In this document: positions 12,333 through 25,989 of the stretch, piece after piece
Numbering within the stretch: the first letter of the stretch is position 1
Layout: each line of letters begins with the position of its first letter
NCBI GenBank assembly: GCA_013265495.1
Contig: MU058716.1
Coordinates: 192,264 to 256,263 of the forward strand
DNA length: 64,000 bases
Direction of reading: 5' to 3'
Source of the DNA: Vicugna vicugna
Taxonomy: Eukaryota
Translations under genes and position numbers: made by a program
Notes under the pieces: generated by a model
What the model was told of the DNA's origin: nothing
Databases searched by the model: none
Seen by the model: the letters and a program-made list of their open reading frames with translations, nothing else

Positions 12333-14803
12333 CTGCAGTAAAATTATAATGTTGAATTGGGAGATTATACTATTTTATTTAAAGAAATTAAAATCTCTCA
12401 AAACTATACCACAATACCCCAGAATACCCTAATTTCTACATAACTGAAAAAACACAGCATAGAAAGCTGAAAACAACTGCATATTTTCTTTCAAAGTTAC
12501 TTGTATTCAATTTCCTCATCTTCTGAGAAAAAATTTTCTAATTATTGATCAGGCTGTTCTCTACTGAAGAGAAAGCAACACTGTCTGAATCATTTGATGC
12601 ACACCACACATGGCTCAGAGGTACCGCTGTTTAAAAATGATGATAATCACTTAGCAAACTGAATGAATTTATCATTTTCTTAAATTTAACTCCACTGTGA
12701 CAAATTTGTCGACTATTTTTCATTTACCTTAACTTCAAACCTGGGTTTTATCTGAGAATTTTAATTCCAAACTAAATAGTAAGAGTTTCTTTAAGTCTCC
12801 TCCAGGGGCCGTCAATCCATTTTTAAAAAACTGTTTTAGACACTCTAACAAGTAAACTCCATTTTTTTACTAATATCTTTTTAAAAATATACACTTGACC
12901 TGCTGAATGAGGGAAAACTGGCAAAGAGAAAGATGAAAGGAGAGCAGGGAGCCCTCAGTGCACCTGAGGTTTGAAAGAACAACAGGCCCGACCCGGAGCA
13001 CCTTCCAGGCAATGAGGCCAGGACCAGGGCAGGTGGCCAGACAGGCTGCTCTCAGGGCTCCCTCCCAAGTGGTGCCTCGAAAATGCTGTCACATCATCCC
13101 AACCAACTTGGAAACGGAGTCAATGGGCAGGTTTGCTGCCCCTCACTAAGGGCACAGGGACAAAGGTTATTGCTACCACCTGCACACTCCCCCCAGGGAC
13201 AACGGGAGAGGGCAGGGCATTTGAACCAGGCCACCCACAATGTGGACAAAAAGCAAGAATGGTGCCATTCCCTTGGATTAAACCTTCTTCTGTGCTGTAC
13301 TGTGCTGGCATTGCACATGGGGACACCTATCTTCCATAAGGACTATGTAACCATGGAAGCAGGGGCCATTTATTTAGTAAACAGTGCTCAGCACCCGTGA
13401 TAGGCCAGCCCCTTATGCAGGGCACCGAGACACAGACAGTAAAATGTCCCTGCTCCCCTACAGCAGGAGCGTGGATTCTAATGAGGGAGCCAGACGTTTG
13501 AACGAGGAATAATGATGATATTATCTGAATAATAATGGTGAACATGGCACCACGTAAGATAAGTCACTCCCAATTTCTCCTGGAAATCCCACTTTCTTTC
13601 AAAAGTTTTATTCAAAAGTTAAACTTTTGAATAAGTAGTACATTAGGATTCAGAACTCAAAAAGGAGAAGAGGTACTTGGTGAAGTCCAGGGACAGTCCC
13701 CATCTCCTCTCCCCAGAGGCGCCAACTCTGAAGACACTACCAGCTTCCTGCTGCCACGGCCACAAGACGTCAAGAGAGAAAACGACTAGTCTCACAACAG
13801 GATAGTGACCCCCAGATACACCTAGTCCTGACTCAGGCTTATCAGAGAATTACTTCGTCCCAACTACTAAGAAGTCATCACCGACTGATCGCCTGCGTGC
13901 CAAATCTAAGAGGATGACTTTCAGTTCCTACCTCCCTGAACACCCCCAGCACTGCCTAACCCCCACATGCCATCCTCCTGGAACTCTTCAGGACACCATG
14001 CTCATGTTTCCCCTCCAAATTACCCAGTCCTTCGTTACAGGCTCTTGGGCCCACTGGGAGGGCTGGCGTTCCAGGGCTTCCAGTCACAGAAACCTCCATG
14101 CTCTCTCCCTAGGCACTCCATCCCCACTCAATGGGTCTCACATCTCACCTCCAGCCTGGACCTCGCCCTTCTGAGCTCCAGTCTGTACATATCTGCATAC
14201 TCCATGTGCTCACATATCCTCAGGCCCAAAAAGTTTAACTAACCTCAACTCCCTTGCTCCACGTCTCCCCTCTTGCTGTACTTTAATCTCAGTTAGGAAC
14301 TGACATGGCCGTTCACTCAGCCCCCTGATTTGGGAGCCCTCTCCCTCCTTTTCCTGCTTCCTCTGTCCTCGACTCGCAGTGGTCACACAAGAGCAGTATG
14401 CGCTATAAACAGCACAGCAATGGAGGCTGATCTGGGCATTGACTTCTATCACTTATTAGCAATGGTTATTGCAAGAAAAGCAAAACAAAACCCCAAAACC
14501 CCACTGCAATTATCATGGTCAAAACAAAAACACAAGGACGTGGACTAAAAGGGCAGTACACTTCTAACGGAAGCAGGAAGAGAGCACAGAAAAGTACAGC
14601 CTATTTCTCGGGTTCTGGATGAAGAAGGGTTTCAGCTCTTTGGGAAAGCAGGTCTTCACAGGTTAACTATAATTTAAGTAGCAACAGCAACTAAGGTTTG
14701 AACAATAATGGGAGAATACAAAGCTCCTATTATATAGCTGGTCCTTCTCAACCACGTGGATTACAAAGTTGGGCAAAAGCAGGCGAGCTGGCAGGGAGAT
14801 GTA

Positions 14804-15941
14804 CAGCCGACCCCTGAACAACATAGGCTTCAGCAGCATGGGTCTGCATACCTGCAGGTTCTTTTCAATAAATATACTGGGAAATGTTGGAGATTTGCAA
14901 CAATTTGAAAAGACAGATGAACTTCGTAGCCTAGAAATATCAAAACAATTAAGAAAAAGGTATGCCATGAATGCATAAAATTATGACACAAATCTACCCT
15001 CACAAAGTCATAAGGTGAGTGATATTTAAAATAAATTTAATAATGTATTAATTTTCTTACTGTTTTATAACTTTGCTTTCAAAGAATTACATTACTGTAC
15101 AGTGTCACAATTGGAGAAACTGCCTATCAGCTATCACCACAAATAAGTGGGCTATTTTTAAATTTTAATTTAAGTGTTTCCAATACATTATGAATATGAC
15201 TACAATATTGTATGCCATAAATTTCTATACTGACTCATTCATTAGCGTATAGGCTAGGCTGCTGTGAGCAACTGTGGCAACTACACTAGGCGACCATGAA
15301 GCAATCACATTGCTGCTGCTTTGTCATCAATGCATGAATCATTATCCCTGTAAATAAATGCACATTTCTCACATTATCGGTTCATTTTTTTATGCCTAGT
15401 ATTAGTATGTGTAACATCTACAGCATTTTGTATCTTCTAAGACAGTCCTGACATTGGTACTGACAAATGATTCATCTTGTAAACAGATGATGTAAACTTA
15501 AAGTATCAGTAAATACAGTACAGTACTGTAAATGTATCTCTTCCTTATGTTTTTCTCAATAACATTTTCCTTTCTCTAGCTTACTTTAAGAGTACAGTAT
15601 ATTATACATGTATAAAATATGTGTTGACTGTTTATGTTATTAAGGTTTCTGGTCAACAGTAGGCTATTAGGGAAGTTTTGGACGAGTCAAAGAGATAGAC
15701 AAGTTTCTTCTGTACAGCACAGGGAACTATATTCCATATCTTGTAGTAACCTCTAATGAAAAAGAATATGAAAAGGAATATATGTATATATATGTATGAC
15801 TGAAACATGATGCTGTACACCAGAAACTGACACGACACTGTAAACTGACTATGTTCCAATTAAAAAGAAAAAAGTTACGCAGGGATTTCTGACTGTGCAG
15901 GGGTCGGTGCCCCAACTTCCATGTTGTTCAAGAGTCAACAA
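14804..15941. mobile_element. Tigger2-family (TcMar-Tigger) non-autonomous DNA transposon, interrupted by an L1 fragment
   Basis: Terminal inverted repeats CAGCCGACCCCTGAACAACATAGG (preceded by TA) and CCATGTTGTTCAAGAGTCAACAA. Confidence 0.8.
15693..15873 (+). mobile_element. L1 3' fragment nested in Tigger2
   Basis: ctgtacagcacagggaactatatt...tgctgtacaccagaaactgacac... followed by an A-rich tail. Confidence 0.85.
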
Positions 15942-18900
15942 TCATTACAAAAGGCCATACACCCGAGGTTGGCAGGGCTGAGCCTATGGTTGTTACACAT
16001 TTCAGGAGAAGGAGACAAGCACAGGAAAAACGAAGCAACACAGTAGAATAGGAAATTATGCCACTCAAAGTTTTGTAAACTTTGCGAAGTGAAGTTAGAA
16101 TAATCTTCAAGTAACAATCTTTACACTTCTGTGTGAAAACAGAAGTAGCCAGGAGCAGTACTTGTAAATAATTATTTGAAACGCTTATAACTATTGTCTT
16201 TACTATTTTAAATATGAACCACATAGAAAATCAGGCAGCATTCTAATACAGACATAAGGTCACTCCAATTTCATTGCTTCAGATACCTATTATTATTTAG
16301 GAAGTCTTAATTCTTTACTAAAATTACCGAAGGACTAACTAGTCAAGCATCTCTTCCAATTCATTTCCCACCTGGCGCTTGCTTTTGTCTACTTCAGAGT
16401 CAATGAACAGGAAAAACAACTGCAGAGGAGGAAATGAAATTCAAGTAATCATGGCCTACCTCCACCTCTCCAACACCCCCTACCTCTTCATGAAGGGAAA
16501 CAAAACTTTCAGTCTTTAGGGGCAGCTGTTTGCTTGTAGACATTGCAGGGTTTTTCTTTTCAGCAGCTTCGTCACTGCACTTTCAGTACATTTCACAGCA
16601 CTTCTCTGCACACCAAGTACAACTGCACTGACTACTAACTAGGAAATCTCAGAAAGAGTAGATAAGACACTTGAATTAGCTGAAGTTCAGAGAAATGAAT
16701 TTCAGCGTTACTGTACTTACCTAGATAGGTCCTATCCTGTGTATGTGAACAAACTGGTATCTAAGTGCAGAAACATGCCTAAATCAGTTAAATTTCACTC
16801 TTCCAACAATTTTCAGAGGTACAAAGCATCCTAAGCGTCCACATACAGCAACACATGTCTTTATGTATGACATAGTTGCCTCGATTCCAGAGCTGGAAGC
16901 TTCCACCACAATCAATGTTAGGATATAAATTCCTTAGCATTTCTAAGCCAAAAAAAATCATTTTTGTGCTATCAATTTAAAAAATTGAGACTGTTTGAGA
17001 ATATGAGCAAAACACTATGACATTTGTCATTCTGAGCTAAGATGGTTTAAGTCTGCTATGTTAAAAAAACAACAACAAACAAACAAAACTTCCTTAAGGT
17101 AACTTTGAAGAAACCAAGTTTATTATATGGAATTCTCAAAAGCAAAAATATTAGAATCACATAAGCCCCACTGTTAAAATTTCACAGGATTTCATTTTGA
17201 CATTTGATTGGTCTGGTTGTATCACTGTCCAAAAAGTATGCATGAAGATGCTTCCCATTTGGGGAGAACTGGGAGACTTTAAAAGAGCCTTACCAAAAAA
17301 GTCACTAGTAAGGTTTTCTTGGAGGCAAGCATTCATCCTCACCAGTGAGGCAATTATCTAAACAGTCCCAAGTAACTTACTAGTCTATGCTTTTTCTCAA
17401 AATTGTTTCACATACACCTTGCCAGTAATTTCCTGTAACACTCCTGGGAGCGTCAATAGAGAGATGTGCAGAGATTTTTTTTTCAATTTGCTGTAGCTGA
17501 ATTATACCAAGACACTCAATTTGTCTCATGAGTAATATCGAGATAAATTCTCACTAATGTCATCCTTAGGTTTTCCTCTTCATTCTCCCTTTTCTCTCCT
17601 AGATATCTTAGAGCATCATGAAAAGAAAACCCATGAATGAAAGATTTACTCTTCAAAACAGGGTACTCTTTATTGTGCAGTTCCTATGGTGAAAAGTATT
17701 TTAAATGCCTTATGTGTTCTTTAAAAGGAAATTAACAATATTATTTTAAATGCTTATTTCTACATAGGCGAAACAGATGAGAAACTTTCCCTGAAATTTT
17801 TATTTTTAAATCTACGTATCTGTATTGATAATATTGAAATTGTATTCAATGTACAATAACTTGTCAAAGTTAACTTTCATGTATGTCAACATCAGTTCAA
17901 TAAAGTAGAAACAGTTCTGAGGATTCAGACACTTCAGGCTTATTTCCTTAACAGGCCATGTTGATTGCACGCCAAAATATCAATGATTCGGCTGTTAAGT
18001 GTTTTCATTGTTCAGTTTTATTTTGAAAAGTCTGTCTAAATGGGACAACACATTTGAGCACTGTCCCATAGACTACCCACTTCAACAGTAAACCTGGGTT
18101 ACTTTTCTGGCCCAGTATTAACCTGTAGAGAATACCAGGCTACGGAAAATGGTTTGGGTCAGGAATACACGTCTATGCTGATAAAGATTCACTCAGAATT
18201 CCTTATGAATGTTAATACTCTGAAGGAAACTCTTCCCTACTTTTCGTGAAATGACCGCAATTCTACACATGCGTTCACACCGTAGTCCTGCAGTAGCTGG
18301 CCTCAGCAGGGAAGAGAGTCGTCTGCGGAGTCTGGAGTTGGTTAAGTTCACCAGCACAAGCAAGTTTCACCAACCTTCGGGGACAATGTGAAAACAAAAG
18401 GACTGAAGAGCTCCTCTGTTTATACATTCAATAAAAATTTATTCGCTTACAAAGCGCGCACACAAACGTCTGTGTCACCAGGCTTCCGGGTCAGCGCGGG
18501 GACCCCGCGTGGACCCGCAGGTGGCCGGGCAGCACCAGCACCCGCACCTGTGCAGGAGCACCCGGACTACCCGGCACTCAGCGGACAATGCCCTCGGCGC
18601 TTACTCGCCCCGGGCCAAGCCCACTTACGTATCCTCCTAAAAGCTGTGCCCGGATCCACAAGCAGCTCTTTTAACATCAGCTTTTAATACTTGGTATTAG
18701 TTGGCGAAAACACATTGTTTGCAACTTGCCTTTCTTTGGGGGGAAAAAGTTCCCCTGAGTTCAGAGGATCAAAGACTGACTCCTGCAGGGGAAGCAGCAC
18801 CGAGACCGGGGGAACGTGGGCCAGGGAGAGAGCCCCTTCCCCGCGCCCCCGGGCCGCCCCCAGCGCGGCGGGGTCCGCACGTGCCCCGGGGGCGCCGGCG

Positions 18901-19223
18901 AGGGTCCGCCTGGGGATGCCCGGTCTCTCCGCCCGGGCCGGCCGGCCGGCGGCCGCTACTACTGCTCCCCGAGCGGGCGCGCGGGCGCTCGGGCGCGGGG
19001 CCGGGGTCCGGCGGCGCCCGGGAAGCGCTCCTCCGCCGCCTCCCTCCCTCAGGGCCGCTCCGGAAAGCGCCCCCGAGCGCGTAGGCCGCGGGGGCGGCGC
19101 GGGGCAAACGGTGGGCCGGCTCTGGTACCCGCCTGGGGACCCGGCCGCCCGGACCCGCGCGGCCCCAACTCCGGCGCCGCCGCCTCAGGCTCCGCGGGCC
19201 CCGCCGGCTGGCGCGCCACTTAC

Positions 19224-19400
19224 CGCCGCGAAGCGATTTACGTAGCGGCCTCGTCACTGCTTACGGACGCGAGGAGGAGGGACGACGAGCCCCACTGGGA
19301 CCGGCGCCGGCCCACGTCGCCTCACGTCAGCGCTGATGCGGCCGCCGCGGCCTCCCCGCTGGGCGCGACCCACCGCGGCGCCGCGTCCGCCGGCCCGCTA
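19224..19400 (-). other. CREM: CREM non-coding exon 1 (5' end uncertain, next to an assembly gap)
   Basis: Strong minus-strand donor GCG|gtaagt (GT at 19223-19222) in the core of a CpG island upstream of the first coding exon. Confidence 0.75.
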
Positions 19401-19408
19401 GCTCGCCC

Positions 19409-19537
19409 NNNNNNNNNNNNNNNNNNNNNNNNNNNNNNNNNNNNNNNNNNNNNNNNNNNNNNNNNNNNNNNNNNNNNNNNNNNNNNNNNNNNNNNNNNNN
19501 NNNNNNNNNNNNNNNNNNNNNNNNNNNNNNNNNNNNN
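19409..19537. other. Assembly gap (129 N)
   Basis: Run of N in the CpG-island core. Confidence 1.
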
Positions 19538-20154
19538 GTGTGGGAGGCGGGGCCGGGGGACCGTGAGGAGGAAGTAGGCTGCTGGGAGGGGGGAGATCGA
19601 GTAGGGGCGGGGCCAGGGCGGGGCCTGGGGCGGGCGGGAAACCCGAGGCGCCGCGCCTATGCCGGGTGGCCAGTCGCTTAGAAACTGAGGTAACCGCGGT
19701 CGCCGCGGCGTCCATGTGGAGGCCGCCTCTCCTCGGGGCGTCCCCGCAGCTCGCCGAGCCCTGCGCGCCGCAGCCGGCCGACCCCACCTGACGCCGCGGG
19801 CCGCGAGCTCGGAGGGCCTGCCCGCTGCCTTCCGCGACCTGGTCTGCGCGGCGGTGTGGCGGGGACTGGCCAGGTCCGCACTGGGAGATGTGACGGGACA
19901 GGAAGGCTGGGGGGCAGGAGGGGCCCCGCCCGGGGGAGGAGAGCTCCGCGTTCGTCCAGCTGGACCCTGGGCTTGCCCACGGGGGCGGTCCCGGCCGGGC
20001 TCCGAGGAGGGGTCCCCGGCCGCCGCCGAGGACGCTGCTTGGACGGCGGCTGAGAGAAGGAAAGGAGAGCACGGTCCCGGGTGCGGGGCGGGGAGCTGTG
20101 CGCCGTGCGTCCTCCGGGGCGTCCTGACCTCTCGGCGCTGGACGGTGGTGGCGT

Positions 20155-20248
20155 GCTGGCCGCTGAGTCCCCGTCTCCCCCCGACACTGGCCGGGGGGCG
20201 AGCGCTGGCCGCTGAGTCCCCGTCCCCGCCCCCGACACTACCCGGGGG
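20155..20248. repeat. Tandem duplication with a 49-bp period (2 copies)
   Basis: GCTGGCCGCTGAGTCCCCGT...CCCCCGACACT starts at both 20155 and 20204. Confidence 0.9.
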
Positions 20249-20799
20249 ACAAGCGCGGCTGGTGGGTCCCCGTACCCCCCTCCCCACAAGGACCGGACTC
20301 TGCGCTCCTTCCTCCTAGGACATGCGTCCCCACCCCCTCAGGAAAGTCAGGCTCCTCGTTAGCGGCGCTCCCAACCTAATAAAAGCTGAACTCAGACACT
20401 GACCAAGCCCTGCGGGTGCTTAAGGCAGGGCGGGCGCTGGGTGTTTGTCTGTGAGTAGTCGGTGCAGCTCCCTTCAGCCCAGTTGGAAGGGGTCACAGAT
20501 GGAGAGAAGGGAAAAGACCAGATCGCTAAACCTGAAAACTCAGGACCTTCACCTGGTCAGGCTGACCCCACGCTGGACGAACAGGCTACTTGGGGGAATT
20601 GTGGTCACTCTCCTCCCAGGACGTTGTCCTCCACCTGCTTGTTCATTCCTAAGCGTCTTTAACGAAGTACATTCTTACACAGAATCCATCAGACAGGCTT
20701 GAAATGCAAGTACCAGTGGAAACCAGCATATACTACAGCAGAAGAGTCCGTCAAATCCTTGAAAGCAGGGATGAGAACCTGCCCTTCCCGAGAACAGGA

Positions 20800-21250
20800 G
20801 ACGGTAGCTGGTGTCTGAGAGGGACATGTGGTATCCTGCTGCTGCTTCGAAAAAGTCCCGCAACACTGAGTTACTGCCTGACAGCTCTACGGGCTAAAAT
20901 CAAGGGGTCGCCTCCAGGAAGAGTGCATTTCCTTGCCCTCCCCACCTTGTAGAGGCCACCCGCACTCCCTGGCTTGTGGCCCTCTTCCTCCATCTTAAAA
21001 GCCAGCGAAGCTGGTTGAGTCCTTCCCAGTGAGCTGCCATCTGATTCTCTCCCCTGCCTCCCTGCTCCGCTGAAAAGAACCCTTGTGATGACAGAGAGCC
21101 CTCCCTGAGAATCCAGGACAATCTCTCCATCTCAAAACCAGGTGATAGCAACCTTAATTCCCGTTTACCACATAACCTAACATGTTCACAGGTTCCAGGG
21201 ATTTGGACGTGGGCATCTTTGGGGGATCCTGAGACAAATCACCTGCCTCT
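20800..21250 (-). mobile_element. MLT1-type (MaLR) LTR relic
   Basis: aagaacccttgtgatgac...aatccaggacaatctctccatctcaa...ttcacaggttccagggatttggacgtgggcatctttgggg. Confidence 0.7.
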
Positions 21251-23479
21251 TGGGGTCATTTCTTGCAACTAATTCAAGCATTTGATTAGAAATGCCAGTA
21301 ACCGATTTTTTCAGTTTCTCATATTTAGGCTTGAAGATGATAGCGACATTGAAAGTGGGCTCTCCGGGGTGAGGAAGAACAGCATCGTCAGAGAGCAGCC
21401 TCATTTTGTATGACCAGCCACCGTGGTGTCAAAAAGTATCTGCATAATTTGCACCGAGCAGGGCCTAGTCTAAATCCAAGCTTTGTTCACATCTAATTAC
21501 CATACATCACTTCAGGAGGAATTGTATCCACAACAGTTGTTCCTGTCACAGAATAGAAATTAATATCAGGCCACAAGAACCAGAGCAATGGCAATTTCTT
21601 GTTTTTAAAATATTTTTTTACTATGTTCCCTATACTACCAATAGTTCACTCCTATGTGTACATATTCTTAATCATAAAGCCCAGAAAGCAGAGACTGTGT
21701 CTTTTCTTAAAAGAATGATGTTAGTACCTGCATCACAGTTTGTTGTGAGAATTAATTCATGTAAAGTATGTAGAACTTTGTGCCTGGCCCAAAGTAAGCA
21801 GTAAATAAGTGTTAGCCATGATGCATACTTTATGATTTGCCTAAGTTCCTTAATTGACTTCTGTGGAATCTGAGATCTAGAAAAAGCCTTAAAAATCTAA
21901 GTCAACCTCTTTGCTTTATAAGTTAGAAAGTGGAGGCTGAGAGGTTATGAGATCTGCTTTGGCTAATAAATAGTAATATCAGGGCTAAAATCCAGGACTG
22001 GTGACTCAGTTCTTTACTGCTTCCATTACAGCAGAGATCTGGGAATTTGCATCCTTCAGATGATTACCTCCTACTGTGTTTATTCTACTAATTTACTGCA
22101 GAAGAGGATTAGAAAACAAATTCACTTTGAAGTATTTTATACAGCCCGTTTCTATTCAAATTTTAGGATTTAAGACTCTAACAAATACAGGGTGCCAAAT
22201 TTAAATATTTGAGAATGGTAAAACAAGTCCGAATAATAGGTACTTGATTTATGTTGTCTCCAATTTGCTGTTTGGCAAGAAATGTTTCACTCTAGTAAGT
22301 TCCAACGTAGGAAATATCCTTTTATATATGGGTGTGTGTGCTTTGTTTTTTGAGTTTGGTAAACTTAAACTTCCAATGCTAATGTGCTCTGAACTTAGCA
22401 GAATATTTAGAGTGATATTTAAAGGATGAATATCATAATACAAACTCAGGCCTCTGAATTCTTTAAAATTTGTCTGTGGTCATTAACCTATCATGTCTAA
22501 TTTTTAAAATCATAAAAATACAATGATAATCTACTTTCAAATATTTGTCTATATGTTCTTAATTAACAACAAATTCAATTGCCTCCCGGATTTACTGTTT
22601 CCACACAGAATTATATTGTAACTGTCTTCAGAGAGAGGTAAGGACCGGAAAACTATGAAGCTTGTCTAAAACTGACCTGTTCTCAACCCTGGGAATTGCA
22701 GTATAGGGTTTGATAGAATTAATGTAGGGGCTTGGTTCTGTTTTCTGAATATTTTTTGGTAGAATAATAATAATTCACATTTCTTTTATTTTTATATTTT
22801 TAAGTATGTATCAAGATGCCAAAGGAACAGTAGCATGTAAAGACATCAGTAATAATTCATAGAGCATATGAACTGCTTTCTGAGTACTTTATAGATCTTT
22901 TTAACTATTAAAAAGAAATTTGAAACTAGTCCCAGAGTTAAATCCAAAGATTATTATATAAAACCCGTTAAAGAAAATGGAGCCCCATTTTACAAGAGGA
23001 TTAGGTTACTGGGTTAAAATAAAACAGCACCTTCAGGAACAGAGAGCTCATTCCAACAACTGCGTGGTCAGGGACTAAATTCTGAGGACTAAATTCCATA
23101 ACACTGAAATGACAGTTGTCAAAACTCAGGAGAAATTAAGGCGAGCCAAACTGAACACACAGATCAGGAGCTGGGTAAAAAGTATCAGGTTGGTTTGACT
23201 CATGGTGAGGCAGGTAACTGATCAGACCAAGAAGAGGGAACACAGGACTTGTCAGTGCTATGACTTGGGGTCAGGTGCTCTGGAATCCTAAATGGAGTTG
23301 TTGCAGAGAGGGCTGCGGGCGGGGAGGTGGGGAGGAGAGAATAGGAGAGAAAAAGTAAGAGGGAAGAAGTCTGTTTATATGTATACCCAGCCCCCTTCAA
23401 GCCCTTAACAACTCGAGCAAGGAAGAAACCAGTTTATGAGGAAGAGAGAGATTGTCATTGTCAGTCTATTTCATGTTGG

Positions 23480-23670
23480 TAAAGAGCCCTGTGCCACGTT
23501 TTTGCTCTGCAACCTTAGCCCTTCCCTCAGCCTGTTTCCTTTAGCTGCAGAAGAGGGATCATAATACCCCTAAAGATATTTGTGAGGAATAAGTTAACTA
23601 ATAAATAATGTAAATGCTTTAGTATAATACATATCACATAAAATGCTCAATAAATATTAGCTATCATTAC
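23480..23670. mobile_element. MIR fragment
   Basis: cctcagcctgtttcct...ataatacc...ttgtgaggaataag...aaatgctcaataaatattagctat. Confidence 0.65.
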
Positions 23671-23849
23671 TGCTCTGTATAGTCACTTTATGTCGTAATC
23701 ACAGAATAGTACGAGAGGTAGAGACATTCAGAAATCACCTAAAGTTTAACCCCTAATACGTGCACGTCTCACGTTTTGGGCTTACAGCCTGTGAAAATCA
23801 GGTCTGTAACAGCCCGCTGTGCACTGCCACCTCTCAGCACCCCTGTGGC

Positions 23850-24290
23850 TGACAAAGATTCTCGTCTGGACCAAATTCTCCACTGAGCCCTTTTCTCACT
23901 TAGGCCTCTACCCTTGGCCTCTAAAGACTTAAATAAAAGCAAACTTAGTTTCTAACAGCTCATGGCCGCATGCTGGGATGACCCCAGCCCCACTCAGTGC
24001 CTGCCTGAGAAAGCTCAGAGTTGCCCATAGAATCACAGCTTGCCCCAGCAACACCTAATGACAGAGACCCTGCGTCCTAGGAGCTTCCTTTAGCACCACT
24101 TAACACACGTGAATAGGGGCACGGGACCCAACCCTGCCTTCCGGCTTTTGGTAGTTGATCGCTTCCCTGACTGCTGAGACCCATTCACCCCTCTCCCGCT
24201 CTCCCATCCTCCCTGTAAAACATCCAGTCGCCTCTACACATCAGTGATGAGTCAGTTCTCGCTGGACTCTTTTCACTAGTGTCGGCTTTG
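23850..24290 (+). mobile_element. ERV1-class LTR relic (MER31/MER67-like)
   Basis: Starts TGACAAAGATTCTC...GACCAAA...CTGAGCCCTTTTCTC, resembling the recalled consensus start. Confidence 0.45.
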
Positions 24291-25989
24291 TAAGTCACAG
24301 GAACCATTACCTCATAAAATGTCCTTGACAGACCTCACCACCCATGCAGGTGGGGAAAAAGTCTGATCTACCTTCCTCCTATGACTTTCTTCACTGGAGG
24401 AGAGAGGCTGTTTTATACTTGCCACACTCCCATTCGGCCTTTGAGTGCTCACTTTACAGTTGGGCCCGCCATGGCTTCAGTTCTCTCCCTCCCTCATTCG
24501 GGAGGCTATGCCTGCGTCCCACACCCCCAGGATGCCCTTAGCCTCTAAAGATCTCTTTAATGTGCAAAGAAGTTCTGTTTAGCATTTCTACAAAATTGTC
24601 AATTAATGACCTAAATGTGTCTCTACTTAAACCATCGTCCATCCTCAGCATACAAAATAATTTTTTAAATTACTTCTGCTTTATTTTTCTTCTATTTGTT
24701 AATTACTTATAATCCATACTACTATGCAAAGTATTGTATAATTCCACATTAAGAACTATGGAGGATAGACTTCATTTGAGAAGAACAGTCAATAGTGATT
24801 ACATTATGGCTTAAATAGGCTTCTTAGTACTATTCTACTATTGTTATAGTGGAGAAATGTTTTTCTTTCTAAACAGTTAATTTTTCATCAGACTTTTAGA
24901 ATACAGTTAATCTATAAGTTTCAGGTCCAGAGATTAATGAATTGGTAAAAAAATATTCTGAACTAATTCTTGACTGGTGAAAGTCAAGATAGGATGGATT
25001 TTTATGCTCTCAGTTGTTGGCACAAACCACCTCAGGTCCTCTGCACATGCCATTCCCTCTGACTATAGTACTTTTCCTTTTCTTTTGCCTAGTGAATTCT
25101 GTTTATTCTTCAGAGCTTAGCTCATTGTCTCTTCCCTTTTCTTGGCAGACCACAGTCAGCCCCTTTAACCATTCATATACTTTCATTTTACTGAGACTTC
25201 TCTTTTCAAGCACTTACCATAATTTAAAGCCTGTCTCCCCTGCCAGAATATAAACTCCATGATGGCATCTGTCTTATTCAACACTTTTTCCCTAATAACT
25301 TCTGAATTATTCCTTAGAATCGCTGATAGGAATATACGATATTATGGGGAATGCAGTAAGTAGTTCCCCAAACAGTTGCAACCTCATATTAGGCTCTTAA
25401 ATACCTGTTTATTTGCTTTTGTTCAATTCATACAGTTCAGTGCCATGTGCTGGAAATGATTATTTACTGTTTTCTAGAAAGATGCGGACTGAGGTCCTGT
25501 TATCAATTGAGCCGTGTAAAAAATGCACCTGAAATGAAAGATCAGCCACTGTGTCTGTAAAACAGAAGGGAAATGATATCCACATTATTTTGCATATAAA
25601 ATGCCTTATTTTTAAGTGTGCTCCTTTATCATAGGTACTTTAACTAGAGTTTACCAAGTTCTTGGTCTTCATAAATTAGCAGCCTCTTACTTTGTAGGTT
25701 ATAGTGCCATCATGTGGTTACTTCATTTTCCCAAAATGAAATGTAACATGTTTGTCATAGAGACTCAAAAACTATGATTGGGAAGCCCAGCTATGCCACA
25801 CCCAGGCACGACAACTTCTAATTTAATACTGGTTCCTAAGACTGGCTGTATATAGATTCATTTTGGGGCTTCGGAATCTGAGCTGTAAGCATGCAGAATT
25901 TGGAAACATTTAAATGATAAAAGAAACCTTACTAATACACTGCTGTGAAGATTCACAGAATCTCTTACGGATGGTCAGGTTTTTGGGTT

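Larger units (their letters stand above)
18450..20330. promoter_or_regulatory. CpG island and CREM GC-rich promoter
   Basis: Very high GC and CpG density with GC boxes (GGGGCGGGG near 19603 and 19616), CRE-like TCACGTCA (19322-19329), CGTCA (19252-19256) and ETS-like GGAAGT (about 19570). Confidence 0.9.

Noticed and set aside
18388..20318. Long overlapping Arg/Pro/Gly/Ala-rich ORFs (up to 321 aa)
   Set aside because: They reflect stop-codon depletion in a CpG island, several span an N gap, and none has a recognisable domain.
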